In this document: positions 1 to 10,016 of the stretch, piece by piece
Numbering within the stretch: position 1 is the first letter of the stretch
How the letters are laid out: every line of letters begins with the position of its first letter
Source of the DNA: Rhodospirillaceae bacterium
GTDB taxonomy: Bacteria > Pseudomonadota > Alphaproteobacteria > GCA-2731375
NCBI GenBank assembly: GCA_018667855.1
Contig: JABIRL010000080.1
Coordinates: 10,341 to 74,340 of the forward strand
Direction: 5' to 3'
DNA: 64,000 nt
The notes under the pieces: generated by a model
Told to the model about the DNA's origin: nothing
Database searches by the model: none
What the model saw: only the letters and a program-made list of their open reading frames with translations
Translations under genes and position numbers: made by a program

Positions 1-21
1 GGACGAGGATATTCTGCGGTC

Positions 22-927
22 ATGACGGAAGATCAGCAAACCGGCACGGAGGCGATGCGGCCACGGGTGCGCCTGTTGCTGATCACGGGCCTATCCGGCG
101 CCGGCCGCACGCTGTCTCTCAAGGCGTTGGAAGATGTGGGATTCGAGGCGATTGACAATCTGCCCCTGTCCCTGATCGGCCGGCTGTTAAGTACCCTGAC
201 CCAGCCCGATGGTGATCATCGGGCCATCGCCATCGCCGTTGACTTCCGCCAGCGCGATTTTTCCGTTGCCGCCTTTGATCAGGCCGCCGCCCCGTTGGCG
301 GCGCGGGACGATATTGATCTGAGCGTGGTATTCCTGGATTGCGATACGGAGGTTCTGGCCCGCCGCTTTACCGAGACCCGGCGCCGCCACCCCTTGGGCG
401 AGGACCGGCCCGTGATGGATGGCATCATGCAGGAAAGGCAGTTGCTGGCACCCCTGAAAGACCGGGCGGATCTGTTGATCGATACCTCCAACCTGACGGT
501 TGGTGAATTGCGGGCCCTGGTCGGCGGCCAGTTTCGACTACCCAATGCGCCGGGGCTCGCGGTTTCGGTGCTTTCTTTCTCCTATCGTCAGGGCCTGCCG
601 CGGGAGGCTGATCTGGTATTCGATGTACGGTTTCTGGCCAATCCCCATTATGTAGATGAATTACGGCCGCTGACCGGTCGGGACCCCGGTGTCGGCGCCT
701 ATATTGCCGCCGATCCGTCATGCGAGCCTTTTCTGGCATCCCTTGACCAGATGCTGCAGACTCTATTGCCGCTTTATCTACGGGAAGGAAAAAGCTATTT
801 GACGGTGGCGATCGGATGTACGGGGGGGCGGCACCGCTCCGTCTATGCGGCCGAGGAGTTGACCCGGCGTTTGGCGGTGGGCGGCCATGCCGTGACGGTG
901 CGCCACCGCGATGCGGATCGGACATGA
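22..927 (+). CDS. rapZ: RNase adapter protein RapZ (YhbJ-family P-loop ATPase)
   Basis: Walker A GLSGAGRT near N-terminus; 301 aa; typical location upstream of PTS-Ntr EIIA/NPr genes. Confidence 0.85.
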   Translation: MTEDQQTGTEAMRPRVRLLLITGLSGAGRTLSLKALEDVGFEAIDNLPLSLIGRLLSTLTQPDGDHRAIAIAVDFRQRDFSVAAFDQAAAPLAARDDIDLSVVFLDCDTEVLARRFTETRRRHPLGEDRPVMDGIMQERQLLAPLKDRADLLIDTSNLTVGELRALVGGQFRLPNAPGLAVSVLSFSYRQGLPREADLVFDVRFLANPHYVDELRPLTGRDPGVGAYIAADPSCEPFLASLDQMLQTLLPLYLREGKSYLTVAIGCTGGRHRSVYAAEELTRRLAVGGHAVTVRHRDADRT

Positions 928-960
928 TGAAGGTTAAGCTGTAATGCCCAGGGGCGAGCG

Positions 961-1365
961 ATGATTGGTATGGTTTTGGTAACCCACGGTCGGCTGGCGG
1001 ATGAATTCATCGCCGCGACCGAGCATGTGGTTGGGCCGCAGGAAAGTATCCGGGCGGTCAGTATTGGCCCGGATGACGACATGGAACGCCGCCGCGCGGA
1101 AATCGTCCAGGCGGTGGAAGAGGTCGATACCGGCAATGGTGTGATCCTGCTGACCGACATGTTCGGCGGCACGCCTTCGAATTTGGCTATTTCCCTATTG
1201 GATCGGGCCAATGTGGAGGTGATCGCCGGCATGAACCTGCCCATGTTGATCAAGCTGGTGAAGGTCCGCCAGGACAACGATTTACAGGACGCCGTGGCCA
1301 AGGCTCAGGAATCCGGCCGCAAATACATCAATGTCGCCTCGATCCTGCTGCAAGGTGACAAGTGA
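961..1365 (+). CDS. PTS EIIA component, mannose/fructose family (PTS-Ntr type)
   Basis: 134 aa, N-terminal VLVTHG active-site His motif of EIIA-Man; 4-nt overlap with downstream HPr gene. Confidence 0.75.
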   Translation: MIGMVLVTHGRLADEFIAATEHVVGPQESIRAVSIGPDDDMERRRAEIVQAVEEVDTGNGVILLTDMFGGTPSNLAISLLDRANVEVIAGMNLPMLIKLVKVRQDNDLQDAVAKAQESGRKYINVASILLQGDK

Positions 1366-1640
1366 GCAGCGATACCGTCCAGCGTACCATTCCGATCATT
1401 AACCGCCGCGGCCTGCATGCCCGTGCCGCGGCCAAGTTCGTCAATTGCGCGGAGTTGTTCGAGGCTGAAATTTATGTCACCCGCCAGGGCGTCGAGGTGC
1501 CTGGCCGCTCCATCATGGGGTTGATGATGCTGGCCGCCGCGCCGGGTACAGAGATCGAGGTACGCGCCGTTGGCGCCGACGCGGCGGAAGCCGTCGCGGC
1601 ATTAGAGGCATTGACGGCAAGTAAATTCGACGAAGATTAA
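1362..1640 (+). CDS. ptsH: HPr-family phosphocarrier protein (NPr/HPr)
   Basis: 92 aa; RGLHARAAAKF active-site His region typical of HPr; overlaps EIIA gene (ATGA). Confidence 0.75.
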   Translation: MSSDTVQRTIPIINRRGLHARAAAKFVNCAELFEAEIYVTRQGVEVPGRSIMGLMMLAAAPGTEIEVRAVGADAAEAVAALEALTASKFDED

Positions 1641-1668
1641 TTCGAGCTGGTAATTCTGCGAGGGAATA

Positions 1669-2370
1669 ATGGCAAATTTTGTACTGATACATGGCTCGTT
1701 TCAAGGCAGCTGGATCTGGCAGCCGACGGCCAAGCTGTTGCGGGACGCGGGCCACATCGTGCATGCACCGACCATGGATGGCTGTGCCGAACGGCGCCAC
1801 GGTCTGCGTGCCGGCATAACGGCGACCACCATGGCGGAAGAAATCGTTGATCTGTTCTTCTACGAGGATCTGGACGATGTCATTTTGGCCAGCACGTCGT
1901 CTGGCGGCATTGTCATCTCCAAGGCGGCCGAGATGGCGCCGGACAAAATCAAGCGCCTGGTTTATATCGACGCCCTGGCGCCACAGCCCGGCGAAACCGT
2001 GGGTGACATCGTCATTCGCGGCCCGAACCAGGCGCCCAACGAGGAAACGGAATTCGCCGCCGGACCGAACCGCGAGGGCATGGCGGCCCGTTTGTTCGCC
2101 GATCTGGAGCCGGGCCTAAAAGAGTGGGCCCTGGACCGCGCCACCTTGCACCCCAAGGGCGCCTCGGCCGCCGACCTGGATAAATTCTGGTCCCAGTCCT
2201 GGCCGGCCACGGTGATCTATTGCACCGGCAGCCTGAACCCATCGGAAGCCCACCAACGGCGTACGGCGGACAAACTCAATGCCACCTGGCATTCGATGGA
2301 AGCCGGCCATTACCCCATGTTGAGCCACGGCGCGGAAATGGCGCGGTTGCTGCTGCTCGAAGCGGATTAG
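1669..2370 (+). CDS. alpha/beta hydrolase (methylesterase/SABP2-like)
   Basis: 233 aa, N-terminal FVLIHGSFQGSW and nucleophile-elbow STSSGG motifs. Confidence 0.7.
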   Translation: MANFVLIHGSFQGSWIWQPTAKLLRDAGHIVHAPTMDGCAERRHGLRAGITATTMAEEIVDLFFYEDLDDVILASTSSGGIVISKAAEMAPDKIKRLVYIDALAPQPGETVGDIVIRGPNQAPNEETEFAAGPNREGMAARLFADLEPGLKEWALDRATLHPKGASAADLDKFWSQSWPATVIYCTGSLNPSEAHQRRTADKLNATWHSMEAGHYPMLSHGAEMARLLLLEAD

Positions 2371-2445
2371 CCGGCCGGTTCAAAAGAAACCGGGGACCGG
2401 CACAAGGCCGATCCCCGGATCAACTGTCTTATGCAACCCAAAGAC

Positions 2446-3516
2446 TTAGTACAAGGCGATCGGGTTGCCGGGCGAGCCGGTGGCGCCCTTCATCTTCAAG
2501 GGTGACCAGGCAAACAGGAACTCGGACACGTTGTCGGCAACCAGTTTGCTGAGATCCAGATTTTCCAGGTTCCAGATACCACGCTTCGGCATCAGTTCCA
2601 GATGGCACTCGAACGGTTGCGGGGTTTCGCCACCGAATGTGGGGGCGACGGCTTCCACGGCCCAGCTATCGCCGCCGGTCAGGATGATCTTGCGCGAGGC
2701 AAGATATTTACAGGCGGAGGTGCCGAAACCAGGCTCCCCTTTGTTGAAGGCCGCGACGCGGCGCTTCTTCTCGGCGGCATCGAAGGTATCCCATTTCGTT
2801 GGATGCCAGATGTTGCCGTGGCCGGTGTACAGGAAGACGCAGTCGCCTTCGCCGATCGGCTCGATACCCTGGCGTTTGACCATCGCCTGGATATCTTCAC
2901 CGGTGATGATGCCCGGATCACCCTTGTTCGGTGGCGGCGCCGGGATCGGCAACTGTTCCATGCCCCGATAGGCCGCCGCGTTCAACAACACGCCGCGACA
3001 GACGAAGCCTATTTGGGCCACATGCTCAACACCCAGGGGCCCGACGCCATAGGGACCGGCCACCTCGGCTAGCATCCGGCCATTATAAAAAAAATCGCCC
3101 TTTGAGGTACGCACGCCGATATGACCCGGACCATCGAACTGGGTGCCGACCTGGCCGATTTCAGACGTTACCACCTCGTCATTGCCAACCAGCTCTCGCG
3201 GGCCGAAGGGAACCGGACCGCTGGAGGGCAGGCCGGGAATGGTCAGCTTCCAGCTGCGGACGCCGAACATCGGCATGTCGGACTGGTAGACTTTTCCAAG
3301 GGTCGCGACCTTACCCTGTTTGACCAATTTGATGGCCTTCAGGACCATGGCCGCTGTGGTACGGTTGACCGACCCCGCCTTGTCGTCCTTGCCCCATTCG
3401 CTGGGCGCCCATTTTTCCGTCAGTGGTTCGTCGTTCACCGACCAGGCAGTGCCGGAGAGACCGGCAGTCACGGCAAAGGTAAGTGCCGCAACGCTTACAA
3501 AACTTTTCTTCAACAT
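2446..3516 (-). CDS. cyclase-family / putative secreted hydrolase (function uncertain)
   Basis: Start chosen at MLKKSF with AGGGAGG RBS 8 nt upstream (ORF-track start 3582 is further upstream); N-terminal signal peptide; weak similarity to cyclase/kynurenine-formamidase-like proteins. Confidence 0.45.
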   Translation of the reverse strand: MLKKSFVSVAALTFAVTAGLSGTAWSVNDEPLTEKWAPSEWGKDDKAGSVNRTTAAMVLKAIKLVKQGKVATLGKVYQSDMPMFGVRSWKLTIPGLPSSGPVPFGPRELVGNDEVVTSEIGQVGTQFDGPGHIGVRTSKGDFFYNGRMLAEVAGPYGVGPLGVEHVAQIGFVCRGVLLNAAAYRGMEQLPIPAPPPNKGDPGIITGEDIQAMVKRQGIEPIGEGDCVFLYTGHGNIWHPTKWDTFDAAEKKRRVAAFNKGEPGFGTSACKYLASRKIILTGGDSWAVEAVAPTFGGETPQPFECHLELMPKRGIWNLENLDLSKLVADNVSEFLFAWSPLKMKGATGSPGNPIALY

Positions 3517-3588
3517 TGTTCGTCCTCCCTTTGTTTTGCTTTCAAGGGAGGCATTACGCGTCACAAGGCGAAATGGAGTCAAGTATCT

Positions 3589-3960
3589 CTAGGCGTCCGG
3601 CGGCAGGACAATCGGCTGGCCGTGCGGCGTGGCGTGGGCGGCGCGGTCCCAGGCGTCCTTACGTTCGCCCAGGGCCTTGGTGGTCACCAGTCCCTTTTCG
3701 GCGACCAGACCTTCCAGGGCCTTGAGCCAATGCAGATAGTACGTATCACCCAGGTCAGGATCGCCATCGCCCTGGGCGGCGGTGATTTCCAGGCTCAACC
3801 GTTCGGCCCATTCAGGCCAGGTGAAATGGCCTTGTTCATGCAGCCACAGGGTCATGGCGAAGGCCTGCGCCTCCCACGGTTCGCGGAATACCGGACCATC
3901 TTCATCACGGGGCATGGAGGGCAGTTCCGCCGGTGTCGGGCCTTTTGCCTCGCTAGTCAT
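3589..3960 (-). CDS. nitrile hydratase accessory protein (beta-subunit-homologous activator, P14K/NhlE-like)
   Basis: 123 aa; FREPWEAQAFAMTLWLHEQGHFTWPEW motif characteristic of NHase accessory proteins; immediately downstream of the NHase beta subunit gene. Confidence 0.65.
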   Translation of the reverse strand: MTSEAKGPTPAELPSMPRDEDGPVFREPWEAQAFAMTLWLHEQGHFTWPEWAERLSLEITAAQGDGDPDLGDTYYLHWLKALEGLVAEKGLVTTKALGERKDAWDRAAHATPHGQPIVLPPDA

Positions 3961-3967
3961 GGCGCCA

Positions 3968-4630
3968 TCATCCTTCCGCTTCCAGATAATCGTCCCACAT
4001 GTCCAGATACACTTTGTCGACGGCGGACGCTTCTGGGCCCCAGATCTCCCGCGCGGAAAATTTCACGCTATAGAGATGTTGCGGCTTATTCCCGGCGAAG
4101 ACCGCATTGGTATCGGGAAAGATGAACACGCCATGATCCCGGTCAATCACCCCGGCCCTGCCGCGTATATAGCGCGGGATACGGGTGTGGCCCTTGGGGT
4201 GGATGTTGCGGGCTCGGATTTGATCGCCGGCCTTGAACCGGGGGGGGATGTTTTCGTCCACGCGGGCCGATCGCGCCTTGCGCTGACGGGCCAGGATCTC
4301 TTCAACGGCCAGTGGCTCACCCTGGCGTTCCACCATTCGTTCTTCGGGCGGTGTTGCCAACTCTTCCCGGCTCACCATGTCATGGTCCACCAGGATGTTT
4401 TCGGTGCGGTACAGCCAACGATGATAGTAACTTGAACTTAGGTACAGCGCCGGGTCGAGCTGTTCCAGGGTATAGCGCCCGGCATCGATATTCCATTTGC
4501 CCCAGGCGCCAAGGGCGGTGTTCAGGGCCCACATCCGGCCCTGCCAGGGCGCGTGGAATACCGCTTCATCCGGTTCGATGGGAATGGGACCGAAGCCGTC
4601 CATGCCGCCCATATCGTGAATGCCGTCCAT
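3968..4630 (-). CDS. nthB: nitrile hydratase beta subunit
   Basis: 220 aa; N-terminal MDGIHDMGGMDGFGPI typical of NHase beta; 5-nt gap to the alpha subunit gene. Confidence 0.85.
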   Translation of the reverse strand: MDGIHDMGGMDGFGPIPIEPDEAVFHAPWQGRMWALNTALGAWGKWNIDAGRYTLEQLDPALYLSSSYYHRWLYRTENILVDHDMVSREELATPPEERMVERQGEPLAVEEILARQRKARSARVDENIPPRFKAGDQIRARNIHPKGHTRIPRYIRGRAGVIDRDHGVFIFPDTNAVFAGNKPQHLYSVKFSAREIWGPEASAVDKVYLDMWDDYLEAEG

Positions 4631-4634
4631 ATGT

Positions 4635-5225
4635 TCAACTCCCCGCCAACCGGTCGGTGCCGATCATGGAATTGCGGGTGACCAGATCCGCCAATTCATC
4701 CTCGCTTAACCCTTCCGTGCCCGCCGGGCGCTGGGGCAGAACCAGATAGCGTACCTCCGCCGTGCTGTCCCAGACCCGCACCTCCACATCTTCCGGTACT
4801 TTCTGGTCGAACTCCGCCAGCACGCCGCGCGGGTCCTTGACCGCCCTGGCGCGGTAGGGAAAGGACTTGTACCAGGTGGGCGGCAGACCCAACACGGCCC
4901 AGGGATAGCATGAACACAAGGTACAGACGGTGAGGTTATGCACCGATACGGTATTCTCCAGCACCACGATGTCCGCGCCCTGGGTCGAGGTATAGCCGAG
5001 TGAATCTATGGCGGCGGTGCCGTCGGCCAGCAGCCACTGCTTGAATTCTTCATCAACCCAGGCCCTGGCCACGACCCGGGCGCCGTTGCGGGGGCCGACC
5101 TTGTTCTCGTAAATATCGACAATGGCGTCCAAAGCGGCCGTGTCGACGAGGCCCTTGTCGGTCAGCAATGACTCCAAGGCGCGAACCCGCAGTTCCGTGT
5201 CCGATAAATGGGAATGATCAGTCAT
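4635..5225 (-). CDS. nthA: nitrile hydratase alpha subunit, cobalt type
   Basis: 196 aa; metal-binding claw [10 protein letters not shown] (Thr/Tyr variant = Co-type rather than Fe-type VCSLCSCT). Confidence 0.9.
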   Translation of the reverse strand: MTDHSHLSDTELRVRALESLLTDKGLVDTAALDAIVDIYENKVGPRNGARVVARAWVDEEFKQWLLADGTAAIDSLGYTSTQGADIVVLENTVSVHNLTVCTLCSCYPWAVLGLPPTWYKSFPYRARAVKDPRGVLAEFDQKVPEDVEVRVWDSTAEVRYLVLPQRPAGTEGLSEDELADLVTRNSMIGTDRLAGS

Positions 5226-5228
5226 AAT

Positions 5229-5447
5229 CTAGGCCACCGTCGGCAGGTCTTCTTCGAGGATCGAGATATTGAGAGAAAAGGAGATCTCGCCCTCGTCATC
5301 ATCGCGGTACAAAACGCCGATAAACTCCCCCGCAATGGATACCTCCACCGGCGCGCCGGGGCGGACCGGCGGAGTGATGGCGATGCGTTCATTGGATAAG
5401 GTCCGGCGCAGGTAGCTTTGCACCCTGGCTATTTCGTTCGCGGTCAT
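5229..5447 (-). CDS. DUF3126 family small protein
   Basis: 72 aa MTANEIARVQSYLRRT... matches conserved alphaproteobacterial DUF3126; stop is 3 nt from the nthA start. Confidence 0.6.
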   Translation of the reverse strand: MTANEIARVQSYLRRTLSNERIAITPPVRPGAPVEVSIAGEFIGVLYRDDDEGEISFSLNISILEEDLPTVA

Positions 5448-5591
5448 CCGATGCCTCCATTTTGCTGTTAACGCTGTATATCAGCGATTTGCCTCCCGTG
5501 CACCTGGGCACGACGGTTTCGACATGCTCTAATCAAAACCAACCAAATAAATCAATTCAATGAAATCGTTCAACAAGACGGGAAAAAAAAC

Positions 5592-6425
5592 ATGGCGGAG
5601 TTGGAGGGGAAGGTTGCGGTCATCACGGGCGGGGCCAGCGGCATCGGTGAAAGTGCTGCACGGCTGTTCGTGGCCGAGGGCGCATCGGTGGTGATCGCCG
5701 ATATGCAAAAGGAACGCGGCACGGCGCTGGCCGAGGAGTTGGGGTCAAAGGCGGTGTTCGCCCAGGTTGAAGTCCGTCAGGAGGCGGAAGTGAAGGCAGC
5801 CGTAGACATGGCCGTTGATACCTGGGGCCGGCTTGATTGCATGTTTAACAACGCCGGGTTCGGCGGCGTCCTGGGCCCGGTCGAGGAAATCCCGGTCGAT
5901 GATTTCGACATGACCATGGATGTACTGGTGCGCGGTGTCTTTCTGGGTATGAAACACGCGGTGCCCGTCATGAAGAAGCAACAATCCGGCAGCATCATCA
6001 ATACGGGCAGCATCGCCGGCGTTACGGCGGGGCGCGGGCCCATCATCTATTCCGCGGCCAAGGCTGCGGTCGTGCATCTGTCCAAGGTCACGGCCATGGA
6101 GCTGGGCGAGCATTCCATTCGGGTCAACTCCCTATGCCCCGGCTATATCGCCACGCCGCTGTCGGCCAATACGGTCGGGCGGTCGGATGAATTGATCGAG
6201 AAGGTGCATCATACCTATGCGGTGCGCCAGCCCATCCCCCGCACCGGCATGCCCGAGGATATTGCTCAGATGGCGGTGTTCCTGGCCTCCGACCGGTCCA
6301 GCTTCGTCACCGGACAGGCTCTGGTGGTGGATGGCGGCGCCGCGACAGGGGTGATGTGGTCGGAGCAGAAGGACGTCTACAAAACCTATCACCCGATCAG
6401 GGTTTACAATCCGGACGCGGAGTAG
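5592..6425 (+). CDS. SDR family NAD(P)-dependent oxidoreductase
   Basis: TGGASGIG Rossmann motif and catalytic YSAAK. Confidence 0.85.
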   Translation: MAELEGKVAVITGGASGIGESAARLFVAEGASVVIADMQKERGTALAEELGSKAVFAQVEVRQEAEVKAAVDMAVDTWGRLDCMFNNAGFGGVLGPVEEIPVDDFDMTMDVLVRGVFLGMKHAVPVMKKQQSGSIINTGSIAGVTAGRGPIIYSAAKAAVVHLSKVTAMELGEHSIRVNSLCPGYIATPLSANTVGRSDELIEKVHHTYAVRQPIPRTGMPEDIAQMAVFLASDRSSFVTGQALVVDGGAATGVMWSEQKDVYKTYHPIRVYNPDAE

Positions 6426-6428
6426 GCC

Positions 6429-7238
6429 ATGGCGGAGCTGACGGTCGGCATCGGCGGTTTCGGTGCTATCGGGGCAAAGGTCGCCCGTACCCTGGATCAG
6501 GGCATCGACGGCCTTCGCCTGGTCGCGGTTTCCGCCCGGGACCATGACGGCGCCCGCGCGCGCATGTCGGATATGGCAACGCCGCCGCCGGTGGTTGGGT
6601 TGGCGGAGCTGGGCGGTCTGGCCGATATTGTCGTGGAATGCGCACCGGCGGCGGTATTCCGGGATGTGGCCGAGGCGGCGGTGGAGGCCGGCCGGATCTT
6701 CATCCCGCTCAGCTGCGGTGCGCTGTTGCAGCATCCCGACCTGGAAACAAGAGCCGCGCAAACCGGCGCCCGGATCATTGTTCCCACCGGCGCCCTGTTG
6801 GGTCTGGACGCCGTGCGCGCCACCGCCGAGGGCGTGATCCATTCCGTCCATATGGTGACCCGCAAACCACCCAACGGTCTGAAGGGCGCGCCGCACCTGG
6901 TGGAGAACAACATCGACATCGAAAATCTCGAAACGGCGAAACTTGTGTTCGAGGGCACGGCGCGGGGCGCGGCCAAGGCTTTTCCGGCCAATGTCAATGT
7001 CGCCGCCGCCTTGAGCCTGGCCGGCAACGGGCCCGATAACACGACAATCGAAATCTGGGCCGATCCCGGCGTCACCCGCAACACTCATACAATCAAGGTC
7101 GATTCCGATGCCACCCGTTTCGAGATGACGATCGAAGGCATCCCCTCGCCCGATAACCCCGCCACCGGCTTGCTGACGCCGCTTAGCGTATTGGCAACCC
7201 TGCGTGGTCTTGTCAGCCCCCTGAAGGTAGGCACATGA
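6429..7238 (+). CDS. aspartate dehydrogenase-family protein (NadX-like)
   Basis: 269 aa; N-terminal GIGGFGAIG dinucleotide fold plus DUF108-like C-terminus; 3-nt gap after the SDR gene. Confidence 0.6.
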   Translation: MAELTVGIGGFGAIGAKVARTLDQGIDGLRLVAVSARDHDGARARMSDMATPPPVVGLAELGGLADIVVECAPAAVFRDVAEAAVEAGRIFIPLSCGALLQHPDLETRAAQTGARIIVPTGALLGLDAVRATAEGVIHSVHMVTRKPPNGLKGAPHLVENNIDIENLETAKLVFEGTARGAAKAFPANVNVAAALSLAGNGPDNTTIEIWADPGVTRNTHTIKVDSDATRFEMTIEGIPSPDNPATGLLTPLSVLATLRGLVSPLKVGT

Positions 7239-7251
7239 AAGTAGGTATCTG

Positions 7252-8250
7252 ATGGCACAACGACTAGGCATTGCCGTATCCGGCGGCCCCAATCCATCCG
7301 AGATCGTGGAACTGGTAACCCTGGCGGAATCCCTTGGTTACGAATCCGCCTGGGTCGCCGAAGGCCATGGCGGCGATCAGTTTGCAGTGCTGTCGGGCTG
7401 CGCCATGCAGACATCGACCATTCGGCTGGGCACCGCCATTTCCAGCGTCTATGTGCGCTCCATCCCGACCATCGCCATGGCCGCCGCCACGGTCGATGAT
7501 CTGTCCGAGGGGCGGTTTATCCTTGGCCTCGGATCATCCCACAAAGTCCAGGTGGTGCCCGAACATGGCGTGGAATATTCCAAGCCGATCACCCGCCTGC
7601 GGGAAAGCGTGGACATCATCCGTCAGTTGCTGGAAACCGGAACGGCGCGGTTTCAAGGCGAGACAGTGACCATCGAAAACTTCGATCTTTGGTTCCGGCC
7701 CCGGCGCCCAGACCTGCCGATATATGCGGCGGCGGTCTTCCCCAAGATGATGGCGGTCTGTGGCGAGATCGCCGACGGCATCATTCTGACCCGCAGCACA
7801 CTGCAGACCGGGGCACAGGTAAAGCAATGCCTGGCGGAGGGCGCGGCGCTGGCAGGCCGGGACCCGGGCAAAGTTGAAGTGACCTCGCTTCTGCCCATTG
7901 CGGTCGGTGACAATCGACAGGAAGCTCTGGACACCATGCGGCCGGGGTTGACCTTTTATGTGGGGTTCTTCCCCCGATATCGCCAGATGATCGCCGACTA
8001 TGGCTTCGCCGAGGAAACCGCCGCCGCCGCGGCCGCCTTCGCCAAGGGGGATCAGGCCGGCGCGGAACGCTGCATCACCGATGCCATGATCGACGCCACC
8101 TCCATCGTCGGCACGGCCGGTGAATGCCGCGAACGTATCGAGGCTTACCGCCAGTCCGGTATCGATCTGCCCATCATCAGTCCCTTCGCCCGGGGACCGG
8201 GTTCCAGGGCCACGTTCGAAACCGTGATCAGAGCTTGCGCGCCTGGTTAG
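7252..8250 (+). CDS. LLM-class (luciferase-like) flavin-dependent oxidoreductase
   Basis: 332 aa; LGYESAWVAEGHGGD N-terminal pattern of the luciferase-like monooxygenase family. Confidence 0.8.
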   Translation: MAQRLGIAVSGGPNPSEIVELVTLAESLGYESAWVAEGHGGDQFAVLSGCAMQTSTIRLGTAISSVYVRSIPTIAMAAATVDDLSEGRFILGLGSSHKVQVVPEHGVEYSKPITRLRESVDIIRQLLETGTARFQGETVTIENFDLWFRPRRPDLPIYAAAVFPKMMAVCGEIADGIILTRSTLQTGAQVKQCLAEGAALAGRDPGKVEVTSLLPIAVGDNRQEALDTMRPGLTFYVGFFPRYRQMIADYGFAEETAAAAAAFAKGDQAGAERCITDAMIDATSIVGTAGECRERIEAYRQSGIDLPIISPFARGPGSRATFETVIRACAPG

Positions 8251-8355
8251 CGCATGTCGCGTTCAATTGAACGCGCGGCCATGCGCTAAAACCTTTAAGA
8301 TAGAGCAACTTATCTGCGGTCAATTGAATCCAATTGACCGCGGGTTGCTCTAGAT
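8245..8355 (+). repeat. palindromic intergenic repeat element, family A copy 1 (two nested hairpin modules)
   Basis: ~110 bp; near-identical inverted copy at 46449-46557 and a related copy at 16259-16366; left terminus TTAG supplies the TAG stop of the LLM gene. Confidence 0.8.
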
Positions 8356-8374
8356 CAAACGGCCCAAAACGAAA

Positions 8375-8406
8375 GAGGCGGCGCAATATGCGCCGCCTCT
8401 GTTTTT
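8375..8406. terminator. bidirectional rho-independent terminator
   Basis: GAGGCGGCGCA-ATAT-GCGCCGCCTC perfect hairpin followed by TGTTTTT and preceded by a T/A-rich tract on the other strand. Confidence 0.7.
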
Positions 8407-8428
8407 GAAATCCCGCTATCGTGGCAGC

Positions 8429-9646
8429 TCAGCGAATATAGATATGCACTTCGTTGCTGGCCGAGGCCGTGGACGACGAGGCCGACAGCGAGATGCGGCT
8501 GGCGGGCAGACCCATATCCATCAAGGTTTTCAGCACGCCATTGGTATGCTTCTTGATGGTTGATTGCGCCATGGCCTGTTCCGAGGCACTGCCTTGGTTT
8601 GGCGTTACCGCGACCAGATCAAAATTCGCTTCCGGCCGGACCTGCAAGGTCTTTGACACGGCGGTGTAGAGCGCCTGTTGATAGGGCACATTGGCCCGAT
8701 CAAAGCGAATCACCACCAAAGGTTGGCGTCCGCCGGCAACAAAACCGCTGCGCGGCGTACTTGATGTGGAATAGGTCGGCCCCTGACCGGCGGAGGCGAA
8801 AGCCCGGTTCATCAGGCTGCTGCCATGCAATTCACCATTCTTGATGGCCGATGCCAGCGTGGTCAGATTGCTGCGCTCCCCCGCCACATAGGACGTCTGC
8901 CGGGCCACGTCCTCGTTGATCTCCCCCAACAGGCGGTCGATCAGGACCACGGCGCGGTTGGTCTCGTCCTCCAGCAACGCCAGTTGCCGGTGATCCTCGT
9001 CAATGGCGCCTGACAGGCCATAGGCGGCCCGGGCCGATTCCAGGACATAGGCCGCCAGGGATGAATTGGAGGCGATCTGGTTGGCCAGACTGTTCATGGT
9101 GGCGATGTCGCCGCTGATCCGGTCCAGCTCCGCCTGGGCGGCGTTCCACTGGTTGACCAGGATCGGATTGCCCGGCGTGGTGCCCAGTTGCAACCGCGCC
9201 GTGACGGCGGCGACGGTGCCGTGATAGCGCTGGGCATTGTCGGTGGTGATTTGCCGGATCTGTTGCAATTGTCCGTTCTGGGCGCTCAGCTGCCCTTTCA
9301 GGCGCTGCAATTCCACCCGCAATTGCCCGACTTTTTGCCCCACCAATGTACCCGTGGGCTGCCCCGTCGCGATCGACGACATGGCCGGCGCCGTGACCCG
9401 CATGGGTGCGCTGGTCAGGTTCGGCGGCGGCGGCGCGCTGAAGGTTGGTTGATTGCTCATCTCGGCCCGTGAGGGCGGAATCGAAATCCTTTCAGGTACG
9501 CCGCCCGAAGGCTCGTCGCCGGTCAAAGACGGCCACAAAGACTCGGACGCCATTGAACATCCCGAAAGCAATATTGCCGCCCCAAGAACGGCCCCCGTCG
9601 ACCTGCGCAAATTCACTCTCCCTGACAGGCGAACCCAAAAAATCAT
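8429..9646 (-). CDS. hypothetical lipoprotein with central coiled-coil region
   Basis: 405 aa; lipobox LLSGC; Pro/Ser-rich linker, Gln/Leu-rich heptad region, weakly OmpA-like C-terminus; no confident family assignment. Confidence 0.45.
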   Translation of the reverse strand: MIFWVRLSGRVNLRRSTGAVLGAAILLSGCSMASESLWPSLTGDEPSGGVPERISIPPSRAEMSNQPTFSAPPPPNLTSAPMRVTAPAMSSIATGQPTGTLVGQKVGQLRVELQRLKGQLSAQNGQLQQIRQITTDNAQRYHGTVAAVTARLQLGTTPGNPILVNQWNAAQAELDRISGDIATMNSLANQIASNSSLAAYVLESARAAYGLSGAIDEDHRQLALLEDETNRAVVLIDRLLGEINEDVARQTSYVAGERSNLTTLASAIKNGELHGSSLMNRAFASAGQGPTYSTSSTPRSGFVAGGRQPLVVIRFDRANVPYQQALYTAVSKTLQVRPEANFDLVAVTPNQGSASEQAMAQSTIKKHTNGVLKTLMDMGLPASRISLSASSSTASASNEVHIYIR

Positions 9647-10016
9647 TTAATCTGAGGTCCTTGATACCCTGGTCACATTCGCAACCGTTTCGTCAGCCGA
9701 TTCAGTCATAGTCGATTCGACCGCCAGGATACAGGCAAATCCGCATGATTTATGCAAAAAAAAGCCAACGCATTGCCCTCCGACGCCAGAACCCCCCATT
9801 TGGATTTCTGGTATGCCCCTCTTTAAACCCATAAGCTAACGAGCTTAACCAATGCGCGCAGGCTGAACAAGCTATGTTCCGGCGAATGTTCAGATCGGTT
9901 ATTTCGTTTGCGCCGAGAGGAAAAAGTTGCCCAAAGCAACGCATGGCCCTTGCCTTGGCCCGGTCTTTTGTTTAGGTAAGCGGCTCCGTCGGCATCGTCA
10001 TCGCTGCTGCGGCTCA

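Noticed and set aside
3121-4125. Long antisense ORFs in the track (for example 3121-4125, 6132-7292, 13908-15359, 16854-18035, 61689-63347, 50560-51573)
   Set aside because: They lie opposite well-supported conserved genes. Their products are Arg/Gly/Pro-rich low-complexity sequences typical of spurious frames in ~65% GC DNA, with no RBS or family signatures.
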